Source: Armatimonadota bacterium
GTDB taxonomy: Bacteria; Armatimonadota; Fimbriimonadia; Fimbriimonadales; GBS-DC
Direction: 5' to 3'
Length of the DNA stretch: 54,641 nucleotides
NCBI GenBank assembly: GCA_037445735.1
Contig: JBBIJY010000020.1
Span: 1 to 54,641, forward strand
In this document: one piece after another, positions 26,541 through 37,279 of the stretch
How positions within the stretch are numbered: position 1 is the first letter of the stretch
How the letters are laid out: each line of letters starts with the position of its first letter
Translations under genes and position numbers: made by a program
The notes under the pieces: model-generated
The model's database searches: none
What the model saw: only the letters and a program-made list of their open reading frames with translations
Told to the model about the DNA's origin: nothing

Positions 26541-28610
26541 TCAGCAACCTGTGCCGAACGCGAACAGCACCGTTAACAGGTCGGCGTCGTCCACCGTGCC
26601 ATCGGCATTAACATCCTCCGGGAGACAGCCTGTCTGCCCGAAGGCGAACAGCACCGATAGCAGGTCGGCATCGTCCACACAGCCGTCGGCGTTAATGTCG
26701 CCCGCAGGCGCAGGCGCGAAGGCATAGAGGGTTTGCGGGTCCTCATTGTCGCGCACCGCCGCCACATAGACCGTGCCATCCGCCCCTACCGATGGCGAAA
26801 CATTGCCGAAGTAGTTGTAAGGCAGCTGGAAGCGCCAGAGCATGGTCGCGTTCGGACCGTTATCGCGCACCGCGTAGAGATAGGTGGTGGCAAAGTCCAC
26901 CTGATCGGCGGCGTACAGCACGCGCCCGCAGGTGACCACCGGCCAGCCACTGAACTCGCCGCTACCAGCCGGCTTGAACTGCCAGCGAATGGTGCCATCG
27001 GGACGAATCGCCGTGATGCCGCCCCCGATCACGCCATACTGGTTCAGGTCCACATTCACGCGCTTGCCTGCCAGCGAACCCGTTAAGCCGACCAGTTGCA
27101 ACCCGTTCACCACCGCATAAGTGTTCAGGAAGTCGATCTCCACCCGAATGGAGATGGTGCCACTGGCATCGGGCGAGATACCCCGATACACCACATAGTT
27201 GACACCTTCCTGATAGCCAGTGAACGGGATGGACTGGCTCACCGTTTGCGTCACGCCGTTGACCGTGAACACGGCGTTCTGATCGGTTGCAATCGGGGTG
27301 AAAGAGTAGAGGTAGAGGTCGTAAGTGCCCGCGGGCACCTGGGTTAGATTGATGTAAGCGGGTCCGTTGTAGCCCAGCGCGCCGATGTAGTGATAGTCGC
27401 GCATCAGGTCGTCGCCGTCGGAAGGTGGGTAGGTGGACGCCTCGGCGAAGTCGATCACGGCAATATCGATGGTGGTTGCCGAATCGTCATGGGCGCGCAG
27501 GTTCTGCAGGCTCCAGGGACGCGGCAGGCTATTGCTGCCCACCACCGAGTTCCAGAAGTCGCCGGGCGCCCCTGTGGCTGCGGGACCGACCATAATCGGC
27601 GGCGGAACCACCACGCGCCCGCCGCTATAGATGGTGCCATCGCCGCCAATCGCAGGGTTCTGGTACTGGTTCATGCCGTTATAGATATCAGAGAATATCT
27701 GCCACAGGATGGTGCCGTCCGACGCGCGCAGCGCGGTCAGCACAGGGTTGCCCGCATCGGAGAACGAGGTGATGTAGAGGGTCTGCCAGTCGAGACTGGC
27801 AACAGCGTTACCCCACCAGTGGTAGTTGAGTCCGAGCGCAATATCGCGCGACCAGACCAGCTGCGCGGCGGTGCCCGTGTCTTCGATGACCGCCGCTGAG
27901 CCGACCGTCGCGTTGTTCACGAAGGCGATGCGCGTGCGATTGCTCACAGGGTCCGTCCACACGGGTCCCAGCGTCTGGAACGGCACGCCCGAGGCGAAAG
28001 GTGAGTTATAGACCCAGATCAGGCTGCCGTTAGCAGCATTCAGCGCCACGATTTTGGCGGGGTCAGAGTTGTCGCGCACATAGAGGCGGGTTCGGTCGGG
28101 ACTGAGCAGCACATTGCCGCGCCCGAAATCACTGCCTGTCAATCCCAGCTCGCTGGCACGCTTCACCCAGATGGGCGCGCCCGTGTTGATGTCCAGCGCC
28201 GCGATGATCGACTCACCCGCTGGCTGAGAGGAGGCACGCCCCGTGGTGTAGACGCGCCCTGCTGCCTCGTCGATAGTGACACCGCTATACGAGAAGTTGC
28301 CGAAACCAATCACGCTCTGGTTCGTGACCCAGATGGTCGCGCCCGTTGCCGCATCCAGTTTCCAGACCTGACCCTGATGGTTGGCGCCCCAGGTCTTGAA
28401 GTACAGGTACTGCCCGCCGTGGCTGAAGGTGATGCTTCCATGCGCAATACCGCGCGGAAGTTGCTTCTGCCACCGAATTTGCGCGGTGGCAGGGCGTGTT
28501 GCAGGAGCGAGTCCACGCAATCCATCGCCGTGCGGTGTCGTATGCAGGCTCTGCGCCCACAGGCTACCGCTCAGCAGCATAAGCCCCACTGCTACTGCGC
28601 TGTATCTCAT
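26541..28610 (-). CDS. Secreted PQQ-like beta-propeller with an inserted beta-sandwich domain and C-terminal dockerin-like repeats
   Basis: LDAATGATIW, LDINTGAPIW, LNAANGSLIW and IRPDGTIRW blades; GDINADGCVDDADLL and EDVNADGTVDDADLL. Confidence 0.8.
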   Translation of the reverse strand: MRYSAVAVGLMLLSGSLWAQSLHTTPHGDGLRGLAPATRPATAQIRWQKQLPRGIAHGSITFSHGGQYLYFKTWGANHQGQVWKLDAATGATIWVTNQSVIGFGNFSYSGVTIDEAAGRVYTTGRASSQPAGESIIAALDINTGAPIWVKRASELGLTGSDFGRGNVLLSPDRTRLYVRDNSDPAKIVALNAANGSLIWVYNSPFASGVPFQTLGPVWTDPVSNRTRIAFVNNATVGSAAVIEDTGTAAQLVWSRDIALGLNYHWWGNAVASLDWQTLYITSFSDAGNPVLTALRASDGTILWQIFSDIYNGMNQYQNPAIGGDGTIYSGGRVVVPPPIMVGPAATGAPGDFWNSVVGSNSLPRPWSLQNLRAHDDSATTIDIAVIDFAEASTYPPSDGDDLMRDYHYIGALGYNGPAYINLTQVPAGTYDLYLYSFTPIATDQNAVFTVNGVTQTVSQSIPFTGYQEGVNYVVYRGISPDASGTISIRVEIDFLNTYAVVNGLQLVGLTGSLAGKRVNVDLNQYGVIGGGITAIRPDGTIRWQFKPAGSGEFSGWPVVTCGRVLYAADQVDFATTYLYAVRDNGPNATMLWRFQLPYNYFGNVSPSVGADGTVYVAAVRDNEDPQTLYAFAPAPAGDINADGCVDDADLLSVLFAFGQTGCLPEDVNADGTVDDADLLTVLFAFGTGC

Positions 28611-28684
28611 TGCTCCACCTCCTCGTTTGGTTTTTTCCCACCCATAATCGGGTGAGAATGCTTCCTTTCAATTGCAAGCGCGTG

Positions 28685-29533
28685 TTAGCGGCAGAAGTTG
28701 CTCACTGCCTGCCGCATATGGATCGGGCAATCGGTGCCGCAGCGTCCCAGGGTGGGTTCGCCCCACTGCCACATGTTGCCGATGGGTGTGTTGCCCTGGC
28801 AGCGGCGGGGCATGTAGGTCTGGTCAGGACGGAACCATTTCGCGTGCCCATCCGCCAGGGTGTAGTTGCTGCCGTTATTGTGAGCGATGAGGCTCGCCCA
28901 GAAGTTGGCGTCGAGGTCCTGATCCCGATCGGCTTCCGCGCAGACCCAGCACTCATCCGAGATTGCCCACCACCACTGCATATTGCCCGGTACGGGGGTT
29001 CCATCAGGTGCCCGATGCAGCACCGTGCCCACTCCGACACACTCGTTGAACATAATCGTGCGGGCTGGCTCATCGATCTCGGCGTCTGAGCGCACCTTGC
29101 CTGGTCCCGCACGCTCATACGGCGGGTTGATCCAGGCAATCACATAGGCGTTCGCCGAGAAGTTGCGCACCCCATAAACCCGATAGATTTGCTCCGCCTG
29201 CGTTCGACCGATGTTATACCAGCGTCGCAGCACATCGTAGGCGATACCCTGGGTGGGGCAGCGGTACATCTCCAGGCTCTTCACATAGGGAAAGATTCGC
29301 TCCGCCCAGTTGGGAACCAGCCCTGTGCCCTCTGCCGCTGGCGGATAAACATGGTCATAGTCGGTGAGATACATCATGACGGCTTGCCCCAGCTGGCGCT
29401 GATGGGTCAGGCAGGCGGTCTGCTCCGCCTTCTTGCGCGCCTGCGCGAACACGGGGAACAGAATCGCCGCCAGAATGGCGATAATCGCGATCACGACCAG
29501 TAGTTCAATCAGTGTGAAACCTTTGTGTCGCAT
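28685..29533 (-). CDS. Prepilin-type N-terminal cleavage/methylation DUF1559 protein (H-X9-DG)
   Basis: [52 protein letters not shown]. Confidence 0.93.
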   Translation of the reverse strand: MRHKGFTLIELLVVIAIIAILAAILFPVFAQARKKAEQTACLTHQRQLGQAVMMYLTDYDHVYPPAAEGTGLVPNWAERIFPYVKSLEMYRCPTQGIAYDVLRRWYNIGRTQAEQIYRVYGVRNFSANAYVIAWINPPYERAGPGKVRSDAEIDEPARTIMFNECVGVGTVLHRAPDGTPVPGNMQWWWAISDECWVCAEADRDQDLDANFWASLIAHNNGSNYTLADGHAKWFRPDQTYMPRRCQGNTPIGNMWQWGEPTLGRCGTDCPIHMRQAVSNFCR

Positions 29534-29545
29534 AAAAATACCTCC

Positions 29546-30301
29546 TTATGGGCACGAAGTGCGCTCTCCCAGATGCACCGCCCACTTGAGTTTGGGCGGG
29601 TTGCAGTCAAAAAGGGTTTCGTCGGTCGCCTGCAGAATAGGCGTGCCGTTCGACTGGCGTGCGTAGAGGGTATTCCCACGGAACCATTTGGCATGCCCAT
29701 CCGCGAAGGAAACAATGGTTCCCTCCGCATGGCGCGTGGAGTAGCCGCCCGTCTTGTTCATGGGTAATACGCGCGCGCGATTCTCGAAGCCGAACGGCAT
29801 CACCATGAAGCCGCCCAGCGGCTCAGGCGCTGCCGGGTCCACCACGCTGTCCATCACCAGAATGGCTGCCGCCGGGCGCGTTACTTTGCTCAGGGAGACA
29901 ATGTAATCCATCGAGGAGGTGTAGGGTAAGCCCCAGAACCAGTTCAATCCATAGCCCAGATTCAGGCGGTCGCGCCAGACCGCGCCATAGCCCGCGTTCG
30001 GCGCGGAAGGACACCTGTAAACGCCTGTGTCCTTCACATAGGGCGCAATCATTCCCGTCCACAGGAGCGCATCGGGCGATACGGGGCGAAACGCCCACGC
30101 CACAACGGGCATCATCTGGCTATAGTCGTTCGCATACATCAGGAACGCCTTCGATATCTGGTTCAGATTCGAGAGGCATGCGCTCTGGCGCCCCTTCTCG
30201 CGCACCTGCGCGAACACAGGGAACAGAATCGCCGCCAGAATGGCGATAATCGCGATAACGACCAGCAACTCAATTAAGGTAAAACCGTGCCTGCGCATCA
30301 T
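29546..30301 (-). CDS. Prepilin-type N-terminal cleavage/methylation DUF1559 protein (H-X9-DG)
   Basis: [15 protein letters not shown]..., [24 protein letters not shown]. Confidence 0.93.
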   Translation of the reverse strand: MMRRHGFTLIELLVVIAIIAILAAILFPVFAQVREKGRQSACLSNLNQISKAFLMYANDYSQMMPVVAWAFRPVSPDALLWTGMIAPYVKDTGVYRCPSAPNAGYGAVWRDRLNLGYGLNWFWGLPYTSSMDYIVSLSKVTRPAAAILVMDSVVDPAAPEPLGGFMVMPFGFENRARVLPMNKTGGYSTRHAEGTIVSFADGHAKWFRGNTLYARQSNGTPILQATDETLFDCNPPKLKWAVHLGERTSCP

Positions 30302-30381
30302 TGCCACCACCTGTAAGATTCTACTCTTACGAGGGCATTCCTGCTTTTTCGACACGCAGGAAAGCGTGAGGTGGCGGAAAT

Positions 30382-31101
30382 TCACGATTCGAAAATCTGG
30401 CGCACACGGGCGAGGTCAGCTTCGGTGTCGACTGCAATCGAGGCGTGCTCAAACGGCACCATGCGGATACGGTAGCCGTGTTCCAGCACGCGCAGCTGCT
30501 CCAGCGCTTCGGTGCGCTCCAGCGGGGTCGGCTCCCATTCCGCAAACTGCAGCAGCAGCTCGCGCCGATAGACATAGAGTCCGATATGCTTGTAAACGGG
30601 CTGATCGGTCGCCTCGCGCGGGTAGGGGATGCGCGAGCGGGAGAAGTAGAGCGCGTTCCCCTGCTGGTCCAGCACCACCTTCACCACGCTGGGCAGGTCA
30701 TACTCACCAGGTTCCGCGACGCAATAGAGGCTGCTCATCATCACCTGCGGGTCGCGCAACAGCGGTTCGACCGCGACATCGATGCCGCGCGGGTCCAGCA
30801 GTGGCTCATCGCCCTGAATGTTCACATAGATGTCGCCGTCGGTACGGCGGGCGACCTCTGCCAGTCGGTCGGTGCCGCTGCGATGCGCGTGGCTGGTGAG
30901 CATGGCGCGTGCGCCGAACGATTCGGCAGCCTGCAGGATCTCGGCGTCGGGCGTGGCGATGTAGAGTTCGTGCAGGCTTCGCGCCTGACGCGCACGCTCC
31001 CATACCCACTGGATCATCGGCTTGCCCGCGATGGGCAGCAGCGGCTTGCCCGGCAGGCGCGTGGCAGCCATCCGTGCTGGAATCACCCCGATCACTTTCA
31101 C
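30382..31101 (-). CDS. kdsB: 3-deoxy-manno-octulosonate cytidylyltransferase
   Basis: [41 protein letters not shown]. Confidence 0.95.
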   Translation of the reverse strand: MKVIGVIPARMAATRLPGKPLLPIAGKPMIQWVWERARQARSLHELYIATPDAEILQAAESFGARAMLTSHAHRSGTDRLAEVARRTDGDIYVNIQGDEPLLDPRGIDVAVEPLLRDPQVMMSSLYCVAEPGEYDLPSVVKVVLDQQGNALYFSRSRIPYPREATDQPVYKHIGLYVYRRELLLQFAEWEPTPLERTEALEQLRVLEHGYRIRMVPFEHASIAVDTEADLARVRQIFES

Positions 31102-32318
31102 GGTCCGATCCTCCACATCACCAGTCCCGACAGCACCTTCGGGTAGAAGTAGGTGGATTTGTGCGGCATGCGGGCGCCCGCCTGCGCCACCTGCTGAAGT
31201 GTGGCGATGGTGGGCGGGTTCAGCAAAAACGCTGCCGCGCTCGCGCCTGTGCGCACCGCGTTAATCGCCTCCTCCGCCGAGCGCGTGTAGCGGATATCGA
31301 CCGAGCCATAACCCAGCGCAGGCATCAGTCGTTCGTGCAGCCACCATGCGTCGAGCCGCGCGAGGGCATCGGGCACATCGGGCGGGGCGTTCAGCGCTCG
31401 CGGGCGAACAAGCCATGCACCCTCACGCCACAGAAAGCCAACCGCCGTGCCGCCCGACGCCTGCACGCGCTCCCGGAGCGCCTCCAGCGGAACAGGTTGA
31501 ACCTCAAACGCGGGTTCAAGGCGAGCCTGCCACTCGGCAGGCGTGCCCGCTGGCAACCCTGCAAGCAGGCGATGGGTCGGCAGGATGACCAGACCGGGGT
31601 CATCGATGGGCGCCAGCAGGATGGGCAGAAAGCGTTCGGGTGAGCCGTCGCTGCCGTATTGCTCCCCGAAGCGCAGGGCGGTCTCATAACGGTGATGCCC
31701 ATCAGCAATCCAGACGCGCACCTCCCGAAAGGCTCGCTCGATGCGCTCAATCAGCACGGGATTGGTCAGTCGCTCCAGCCGGTGCATATATCCTTCGGGC
31801 AGGTCGTGCCCTTCCAGATAGGCAATTGGCTCCCAGAGGACGCCTTCCAGAGCCGTCTGCAGGGCGGGCGTCGGCTCGTACAGCCCGAAAATCGCTTCTA
31901 AATGGGTGCGCGTCGCCTCCAGCAGGCGAAAGCGGTCCTCTTTGACGCCCGGAAAGGTGTGTTCGTGGGGCAATACGATGCCGCGCTCATATGGTTCTGT
32001 ATGCAGCAGCACGAAGTAGCCCGTGCGGGTGCGAGAGGCGCCGGTCAACGGGTCAATAAATTGCTGGCTGTAGCGGTAAAGGGCGGGTTCAGGGTCGGTT
32101 TGCAGCACGCCTCCCACCAGCCAGTGCTGGAGCAGTTTCTGTGCCCGCTGATAGCGTGCCTCGCCATCTTCGGGTAGGGTCAGATGCACGATGTTGTACG
32201 GGCTGAGGCGGGTCAGTTCCGCCCGCTGAGCGGCGTCGATCACATCATAGGGTGGCGCCACCACTTCGGGAATCAATCGCGCATAGCGCACCGCTCGAAA
32301 CGCGCGTACCGTTGCCAT
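31098..32318 (-). CDS. DUF1015 family protein
   Basis: APPYDVI, PHEHT, IADGHHRYETA, ILPTHR, MPHKSTYFYPK. Confidence 0.92.
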   Translation of the reverse strand: MATVRAFRAVRYARLIPEVVAPPYDVIDAAQRAELTRLSPYNIVHLTLPEDGEARYQRAQKLLQHWLVGGVLQTDPEPALYRYSQQFIDPLTGASRTRTGYFVLLHTEPYERGIVLPHEHTFPGVKEDRFRLLEATRTHLEAIFGLYEPTPALQTALEGVLWEPIAYLEGHDLPEGYMHRLERLTNPVLIERIERAFREVRVWIADGHHRYETALRFGEQYGSDGSPERFLPILLAPIDDPGLVILPTHRLLAGLPAGTPAEWQARLEPAFEVQPVPLEALRERVQASGGTAVGFLWREGAWLVRPRALNAPPDVPDALARLDAWWLHERLMPALGYGSVDIRYTRSAEEAINAVRTGASAAAFLLNPPTIATLQQVAQAGARMPHKSTYFYPKVLSGLVMWRIGP

Positions 32319-32404
32319 CTTTTCCCTCGATGGAAGTATACCTGATGGCTCCCACAGGGCTGTTTTTCTGGCTGCTGGCTATGGGGGCAGGTATACTTTT
32401 TTCT

Positions 32405-32920
32405 ATGAGTGAGCGGTTATGGGCGCCGTGGCGGATGGCGTATGTGCGCACGGCTGGCAAGGGCGACACAGGCTGTATCTTCTGCGCCAAGTCTGCCGAG
32501 CAGCAGGATGACGCCAACCTGATCGTGCTGCGTGGCACGCACGCCTTCGCGATGCTCAATCTCTTCCCCTACACCAGCGGTCATCTGATGGTCGCGCCGT
32601 ACCGCCACCTGCCTGACATCAGCGGGCTCAGCGATGAGGAGAGCCTGGACCTGTGGCGACTGACACAGCGGTGCGTGCGGGCGCTGGAGCGGGTCTATCA
32701 GCCCGACGGCTTCAATATCGGCTTCAACATCGGGCGGGCGGCAGGCGCGGGCATCGAGGGGCATTTGCACCTGCACATCGTGCCCCGCTGGCACGGTGAT
32801 ACGAACTTCATGACCACCATCGGCGAGGTGCGCGTGCTGCCCGAAAGCCTCGAAGAGACCTATCGGCGCCTCAAAGCCGCTCTGCAGGAGGACAAAGATG
32901 CAACCGGAGCGCCCCGTTGA
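32405..32920 (+). CDS. HIT-family hydrolase (Ap4A phosphorylase/FHIT-like), probably leaderless
   Basis: LWAPWR, CIFC, LNLFPYTSGH, HLHLHIVPRW; TATACT ends 7 nt before ATG 32405. Confidence 0.92.
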   Translation: MSERLWAPWRMAYVRTAGKGDTGCIFCAKSAEQQDDANLIVLRGTHAFAMLNLFPYTSGHLMVAPYRHLPDISGLSDEESLDLWRLTQRCVRALERVYQPDGFNIGFNIGRAAGAGIEGHLHLHIVPRWHGDTNFMTTIGEVRVLPESLEETYRRLKAALQEDKDATGAPR

Positions 32921-33572
32921 GGAGCTGTTGCAGGAGGTGGAGCAGAAGGCGAAGGTCTGCACCGCCTGCCACCTGGCACAGACGCGCACCAATGTAGTGT
33001 TCGGTGAGGGCAATCCGCGCTCGCCGCTGGTGTTAGTGGGCGAAGGACCAGGTGAACAGGAGGATTTGACAGGGCGACCGTTTGTGGGTCGAGCGGGCGC
33101 TCTGTTAGACCGCGCCCTGCGCGAGGCGGGCATGGGACGCCAGCATGTCTACATCTGCAATATTATTAAGTGCCGCGCCTTCACCATAGAAAACGGTCGC
33201 GCCCGCAACCGCCCGCCCGCTGCCGATGAGATTCAAGCCTGCCTGCCGTGGCTCGATGCCCAGCTGACGCTCATTCGCCCGCTGGTGATTGTGTGTCTGG
33301 GCGGTCCCGCCGCGTCGGTGATTATCCATAAAAACTTTCGGATTATGCAGGAGCGCGGGCAGTGGTTCACCTCGCGCTGGGCGCCTGCCGCAATTGCGGC
33401 GCTGCATCCTGCCTACATCCTGCGTCAGGCGGGTCCTGCCTTCGATCAAGCCTACGCCTCACTGGTGGCGGATTTGCGAGCCGCCCGCGCCAAGGTGATT
33501 GAACTCAGGAAGCGCCAGCAGGAGCAACAGCCCATCGTGCCACCGGATGAAGAGCAGCTGAGCCTTTTTTAG
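32898..33572 (+). CDS. Uracil-DNA glycosylase family 4 (Fe-S)
   Basis: CTACHL, VGEGPG, PFVGRAG, KCR, HPAYILR. Confidence 0.93.
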   Translation: MQPERPVEELLQEVEQKAKVCTACHLAQTRTNVVFGEGNPRSPLVLVGEGPGEQEDLTGRPFVGRAGALLDRALREAGMGRQHVYICNIIKCRAFTIENGRARNRPPAADEIQACLPWLDAQLTLIRPLVIVCLGGPAASVIIHKNFRIMQERGQWFTSRWAPAAIAALHPAYILRQAGPAFDQAYASLVADLRAARAKVIELRKRQQEQQPIVPPDEEQLSLF

Positions 33573-34705
33573 AGCGTGCCTGCTGCAATCGCCTCGCGCA
33601 ACTGGCGCATCCAGCGGGCGTAATATGCCAGATTGTGATAGGATGCCAGCCGATAGCCCAGCATCTCGCCGGCGCGAAACAGGTGATGCATGTAGGCGAG
33701 GCTGTATCGCTGGCAGACGGCGCAGTCGCATTCGGGGTCGATCGGCTCTTTACACTCGGCGAATCGGGCGTTGCGCAGGTTGAGCCGTCCGCGCGAGGTG
33801 AACACCGCGCCGTGTCGCCCCAGGCGCGTGGGCAGCACGCAGTCGAACAGGTCCACACCGCAGGCGACGGCGTGCCGAATGTCGTCGGGCGTGCCGACGC
33901 CCATCAGATAGCGGGGGCGGTCGATGGGCAGACGCGGCGCGGTGAACGCCACCACCGCCCGCATCAACTCCACAGGCTCGCCCACCGACACACCGCCAAT
34001 CGCATAGCCGGGCAGGTCGAGGCTGGTTATCTGCTCGATGCTCATCTGGCGCAGGCTCTCATACACGCCGCCCTGCACGATGCCGAAGAGAACCCCCTCA
34101 CCCGCTCCCTCTTCCTCACCAGTCGGGGCGAGTGGTTCAAAGCTCTGGAGCCACGCCTGTTTGCAGCGAATCGCCCAGCGGTAGGTGCGCTCGGTCGCCT
34201 GCGCCACCTGATCGTAATCGGCAGGGTAGGGCGGGCACTCGTCGAGCGCCATCGCAATATCGCTGCCGAGCAGTCGCTGCACTTCCACTGCGCGTTCGGG
34301 CGTGAGCCGATGGAGCGAGCCGTCGAGATGCGAGCGGAAGGTCACCCCGTCCTCGTCGATGTCGCGCAGGGGCGTCAGGCTGAACACCTGATAGCCGCCG
34401 CTGTCGATCAGAATCGCGCCGCGCCAGCTCATGAAGGCGTGCAGCCCGCCCAGCCGCGCGATGCGCTCCGCGCCCGGGCGCAGATAGAGATGATAGGTGT
34501 TCGCCAGAATGAGTGTGTAGCCAAGCGCTTCCAGCTCCTCCTGGCTGAGCGTTTTGACCGTCGCCTGCGTGCCGATGGGCATGAAGGCGGGCGTGTCGAC
34601 AATCCCGTGTGGCGTATACAGGCGTCCCAGCCGCGCATGGCTGCGGGTTGAGCGAGCAAGAACCTCAAAGGCGAACCCTCTGAGCGCGGCGTCGACCCTA
34701 CTCAT
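33569..34705 (-). CDS. tgt: tRNA-guanine transglycosylase
   Basis: TPAFMPIGT, ANTYHL, DSGGYQ, GIVQGG, DCVLPTR, CDCAVC...HN. Confidence 0.96.
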   Translation of the reverse strand: MSRVDAALRGFAFEVLARSTRSHARLGRLYTPHGIVDTPAFMPIGTQATVKTLSQEELEALGYTLILANTYHLYLRPGAERIARLGGLHAFMSWRGAILIDSGGYQVFSLTPLRDIDEDGVTFRSHLDGSLHRLTPERAVEVQRLLGSDIAMALDECPPYPADYDQVAQATERTYRWAIRCKQAWLQSFEPLAPTGEEEGAGEGVLFGIVQGGVYESLRQMSIEQITSLDLPGYAIGGVSVGEPVELMRAVVAFTAPRLPIDRPRYLMGVGTPDDIRHAVACGVDLFDCVLPTRLGRHGAVFTSRGRLNLRNARFAECKEPIDPECDCAVCQRYSLAYMHHLFRAGEMLGYRLASYHNLAYYARWMRQLREAIAAGTL

Positions 34706-35960
34706 AGACCCCGGCATACACCGCCTGAATCACCTCGTGGGGCGTGGTCAAGCCGCGCAGCACCTTATCGCGCCCGTCGTCCAGCATCGTGCGAAAGCCC
34801 TCTTTCTGGGCAATCTGCAGGATATGGTCACCCGGCACGCGATTCACAATCGCCTCACGGATGGCAGGGCTGATGCGCAGCAGCTCGAAAATCCCCGTGC
34901 GCCCACGAAAGCCTGTGCCCCGACACTGCGCGCAGCCCTTGCCAATAAAGAACTGGAACTGCGAGGCGGTCTCTTTCGGGATGCGCAGCGCCGTCAGTTC
35001 GTCCGCCGTCGGCTGATAGGGCGTGCGGCAATCGGGACAGATGAGGCGCACCAGCCGCTGCGCCATCGCGCACTGCAGGGTCGCCGCGATCAGATAATCC
35101 TCCGCGCCCATATCGATCATGCGGCTGATGGTCTCGATGGCATTATTCGTGTGGAGCGTGGACAGCACCAGATGACCCGTGAGCGCCGCCTGAATGCCGA
35201 TCTGCAGCGATTCGCGGTCGCGAATCTCGCCAATCATAATCACATCGGGGTCGTGGCGCAGCATCGCCCGCAACGCGCGCGGGAAAGTAATCTTCTCGCT
35301 CACCTGCACCTGCATCACATTATCGGGGAACTCATACTCCACCGGGTCTTCCACCGTGACGATGTTGCGGTGAACGCGATCGAGCGTGTGGAGCGAGGCG
35401 TAGAGCGTGGAGGTTTTCCCGGAGCCTGTGGGACCGGTGACGACCAGCATGCCGTAGGCGACCTGCAGGGCGCGGCGCCAGTTCGCCAGAACATCCTGCG
35501 GCATGCCCAGTGTGTCGAGCTTGACCATCATCTTGGCTGGATCCAGAATGCGCATCACGATGCGCTCGCCGTTCAGCGACGGGATACAGGACACGCGCGC
35601 GCTGAGCCGCCGATCCATATACTCCATATCGATGCGCCCGTCCTGCGTGTCGCGCCTCTCGTCTAAATGCATATTGGCGGCGAGCTTGACCCGTGCAATC
35701 ATCGCCTGCCACAGGTCGGGTTCGGTGATGGTCTCATGCTCATGCAGCACGCCGTCGATGCGGAACCGAATGCGAAGCATGTTGCGTTCGGGATGCATGT
35801 GAATATCGGACGCGCCCGCCTCGAGCGCCTCGATAAACATGCGGTCGACGCGCTGCACGGCGAGCGAAAGCTCCTCACCGCCCATCTCGCGCGTGACGCC
35901 CGCATGGCGGATCAGCAACCGAAACATTCTGCCGGAACCACGCATTCCACCGTACATCAT
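34698..35960 (-). CDS. GspE/PilB-family secretion/pilus ATPase
   Basis: [36 protein letters not shown] and two CxxC motifs. Confidence 0.93.
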   Translation of the reverse strand: MMYGGMRGSGRMFRLLIRHAGVTREMGGEELSLAVQRVDRMFIEALEAGASDIHMHPERNMLRIRFRIDGVLHEHETITEPDLWQAMIARVKLAANMHLDERRDTQDGRIDMEYMDRRLSARVSCIPSLNGERIVMRILDPAKMMVKLDTLGMPQDVLANWRRALQVAYGMLVVTGPTGSGKTSTLYASLHTLDRVHRNIVTVEDPVEYEFPDNVMQVQVSEKITFPRALRAMLRHDPDVIMIGEIRDRESLQIGIQAALTGHLVLSTLHTNNAIETISRMIDMGAEDYLIAATLQCAMAQRLVRLICPDCRTPYQPTADELTALRIPKETASQFQFFIGKGCAQCRGTGFRGRTGIFELLRISPAIREAIVNRVPGDHILQIAQKEGFRTMLDDGRDKVLRGLTTPHEVIQAVYAGVYE

Positions 35961-36013
35961 CGTTTCATCCCACCTGCTCGATTAGACGCGCCAGCGTCCG
36001 ATTCCTGCCATGT

Positions 36014-37264
36014 TCAGGAGACCTGGCGCAGGTCGTCGCTGGTGAGCATCTGTGGTTCCTGGCGCTGGGTCACGGTCGCTTCGGTGATGACCACGCGCTT
36101 GATCTGCGGGTTGGAGGGCACTTCGTACATCACATTGAGCATAGTCTCTTCGAGGATGGAGCGCAGGGCGCGGGCGCCTGTGCCGCGCTGGAGCGCTTCA
36201 CGGGCAATCGCGCGCAGTGCCGACTCCTCCACTACCAGCTCCACGCCGTCCAGCTCGAAGAATTTTTGATACTGGCGCACGAGCGCGTTCTTCGGCTCCA
36301 CCAGGATTCGGCAGAGCGTCTCCTCATCGAGGGCGTCCAGCGTCGCGATCACGGGCAGTCGCCCGATGAATTCGGGGATCAGCCCGAACTTGAGCAGGTC
36401 TTCGGGCATCACATGCTGGAGAATCTCGCCCACATTGCGCCTGCGCCTCGATTCGGGGTGCGAGCGGAAGCCCATCGTCTGGTCAATCAACCGCCGCTCG
36501 ATAATCTTGTCCAGCCCTTCGAACGCGCCCCCACAGATGAACAGGATGTTGGTTGTGTCAATCTGGATAAAGTCCTGATGGGGGTGCTTGCGCCCGCCCT
36601 GTGGGGGCACATTGGCGATGGTGCCTTCCAGAATTTTGAGCAGCGCCTGTTGCACGCCCTCGCCCGACACATCGCGCGTTATGGAGGGGTTATCGGCTTT
36701 GCGGGCGATTTTGTCGATCTCATCGATGTAGATGATGCCGCGCTCGGCGGCTTTGATGTCCATATCCGCTGCCTGAATCAGGCGCAGGAGAATGTTCTCA
36801 ACATCCTCGCCCACATAGCCCGCTTCGGTGAGCGCGGTCGCGTCGGCAATCGCGAAGGGCACATTCAGGATGCGGGCGAGCGTTTGCGCCAGCAGTGTCT
36901 TGCCGCTGCCCGTGGGGCCGATCAGCAGGATATTGCTCTTTTGCAGTTCGACATCGCTGGCGCTGCCCACTCGAAGGCGCTTGAAATGGTTATAAACCGC
37001 CACCGACAGCACGCGCTTGGCGCGCTCCTGACCCACCACATACTGGTTCAGCACCCGATAGATGTCTTTCGGTTTCGGGACGGTCTCCGAGAAGCCCGGG
37101 GCGGGCAGGGGGCTGTCGTTGCGCAAAATGTCGCCCGCCAGTTTGATGCAGTCGGCGCACACACCGCCATGCATGCCCAGAATCAGCTTCCGCACCTGCT
37201 CGCGGCTCTTTCCGCACAGCACGCATCGATCCATCGGTTTATTGTCGCCAGCCAGTTTTGCCAC
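36014..37264 (-). CDS. clpX: ATP-dependent Clp protease ATPase ClpX
   Basis: N-terminal Zn finger, [29 protein letters not shown]. Confidence 0.98.
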   Translation of the reverse strand: MAKLAGDNKPMDRCVLCGKSREQVRKLILGMHGGVCADCIKLAGDILRNDSPLPAPGFSETVPKPKDIYRVLNQYVVGQERAKRVLSVAVYNHFKRLRVGSASDVELQKSNILLIGPTGSGKTLLAQTLARILNVPFAIADATALTEAGYVGEDVENILLRLIQAADMDIKAAERGIIYIDEIDKIARKADNPSITRDVSGEGVQQALLKILEGTIANVPPQGGRKHPHQDFIQIDTTNILFICGGAFEGLDKIIERRLIDQTMGFRSHPESRRRRNVGEILQHVMPEDLLKFGLIPEFIGRLPVIATLDALDEETLCRILVEPKNALVRQYQKFFELDGVELVVEESALRAIAREALQRGTGARALRSILEETMLNVMYEVPSNPQIKRVVITEATVTQRQEPQMLTSDDLRQVS

Positions 37265-37279
37265 GCATGAACCTCCCTG

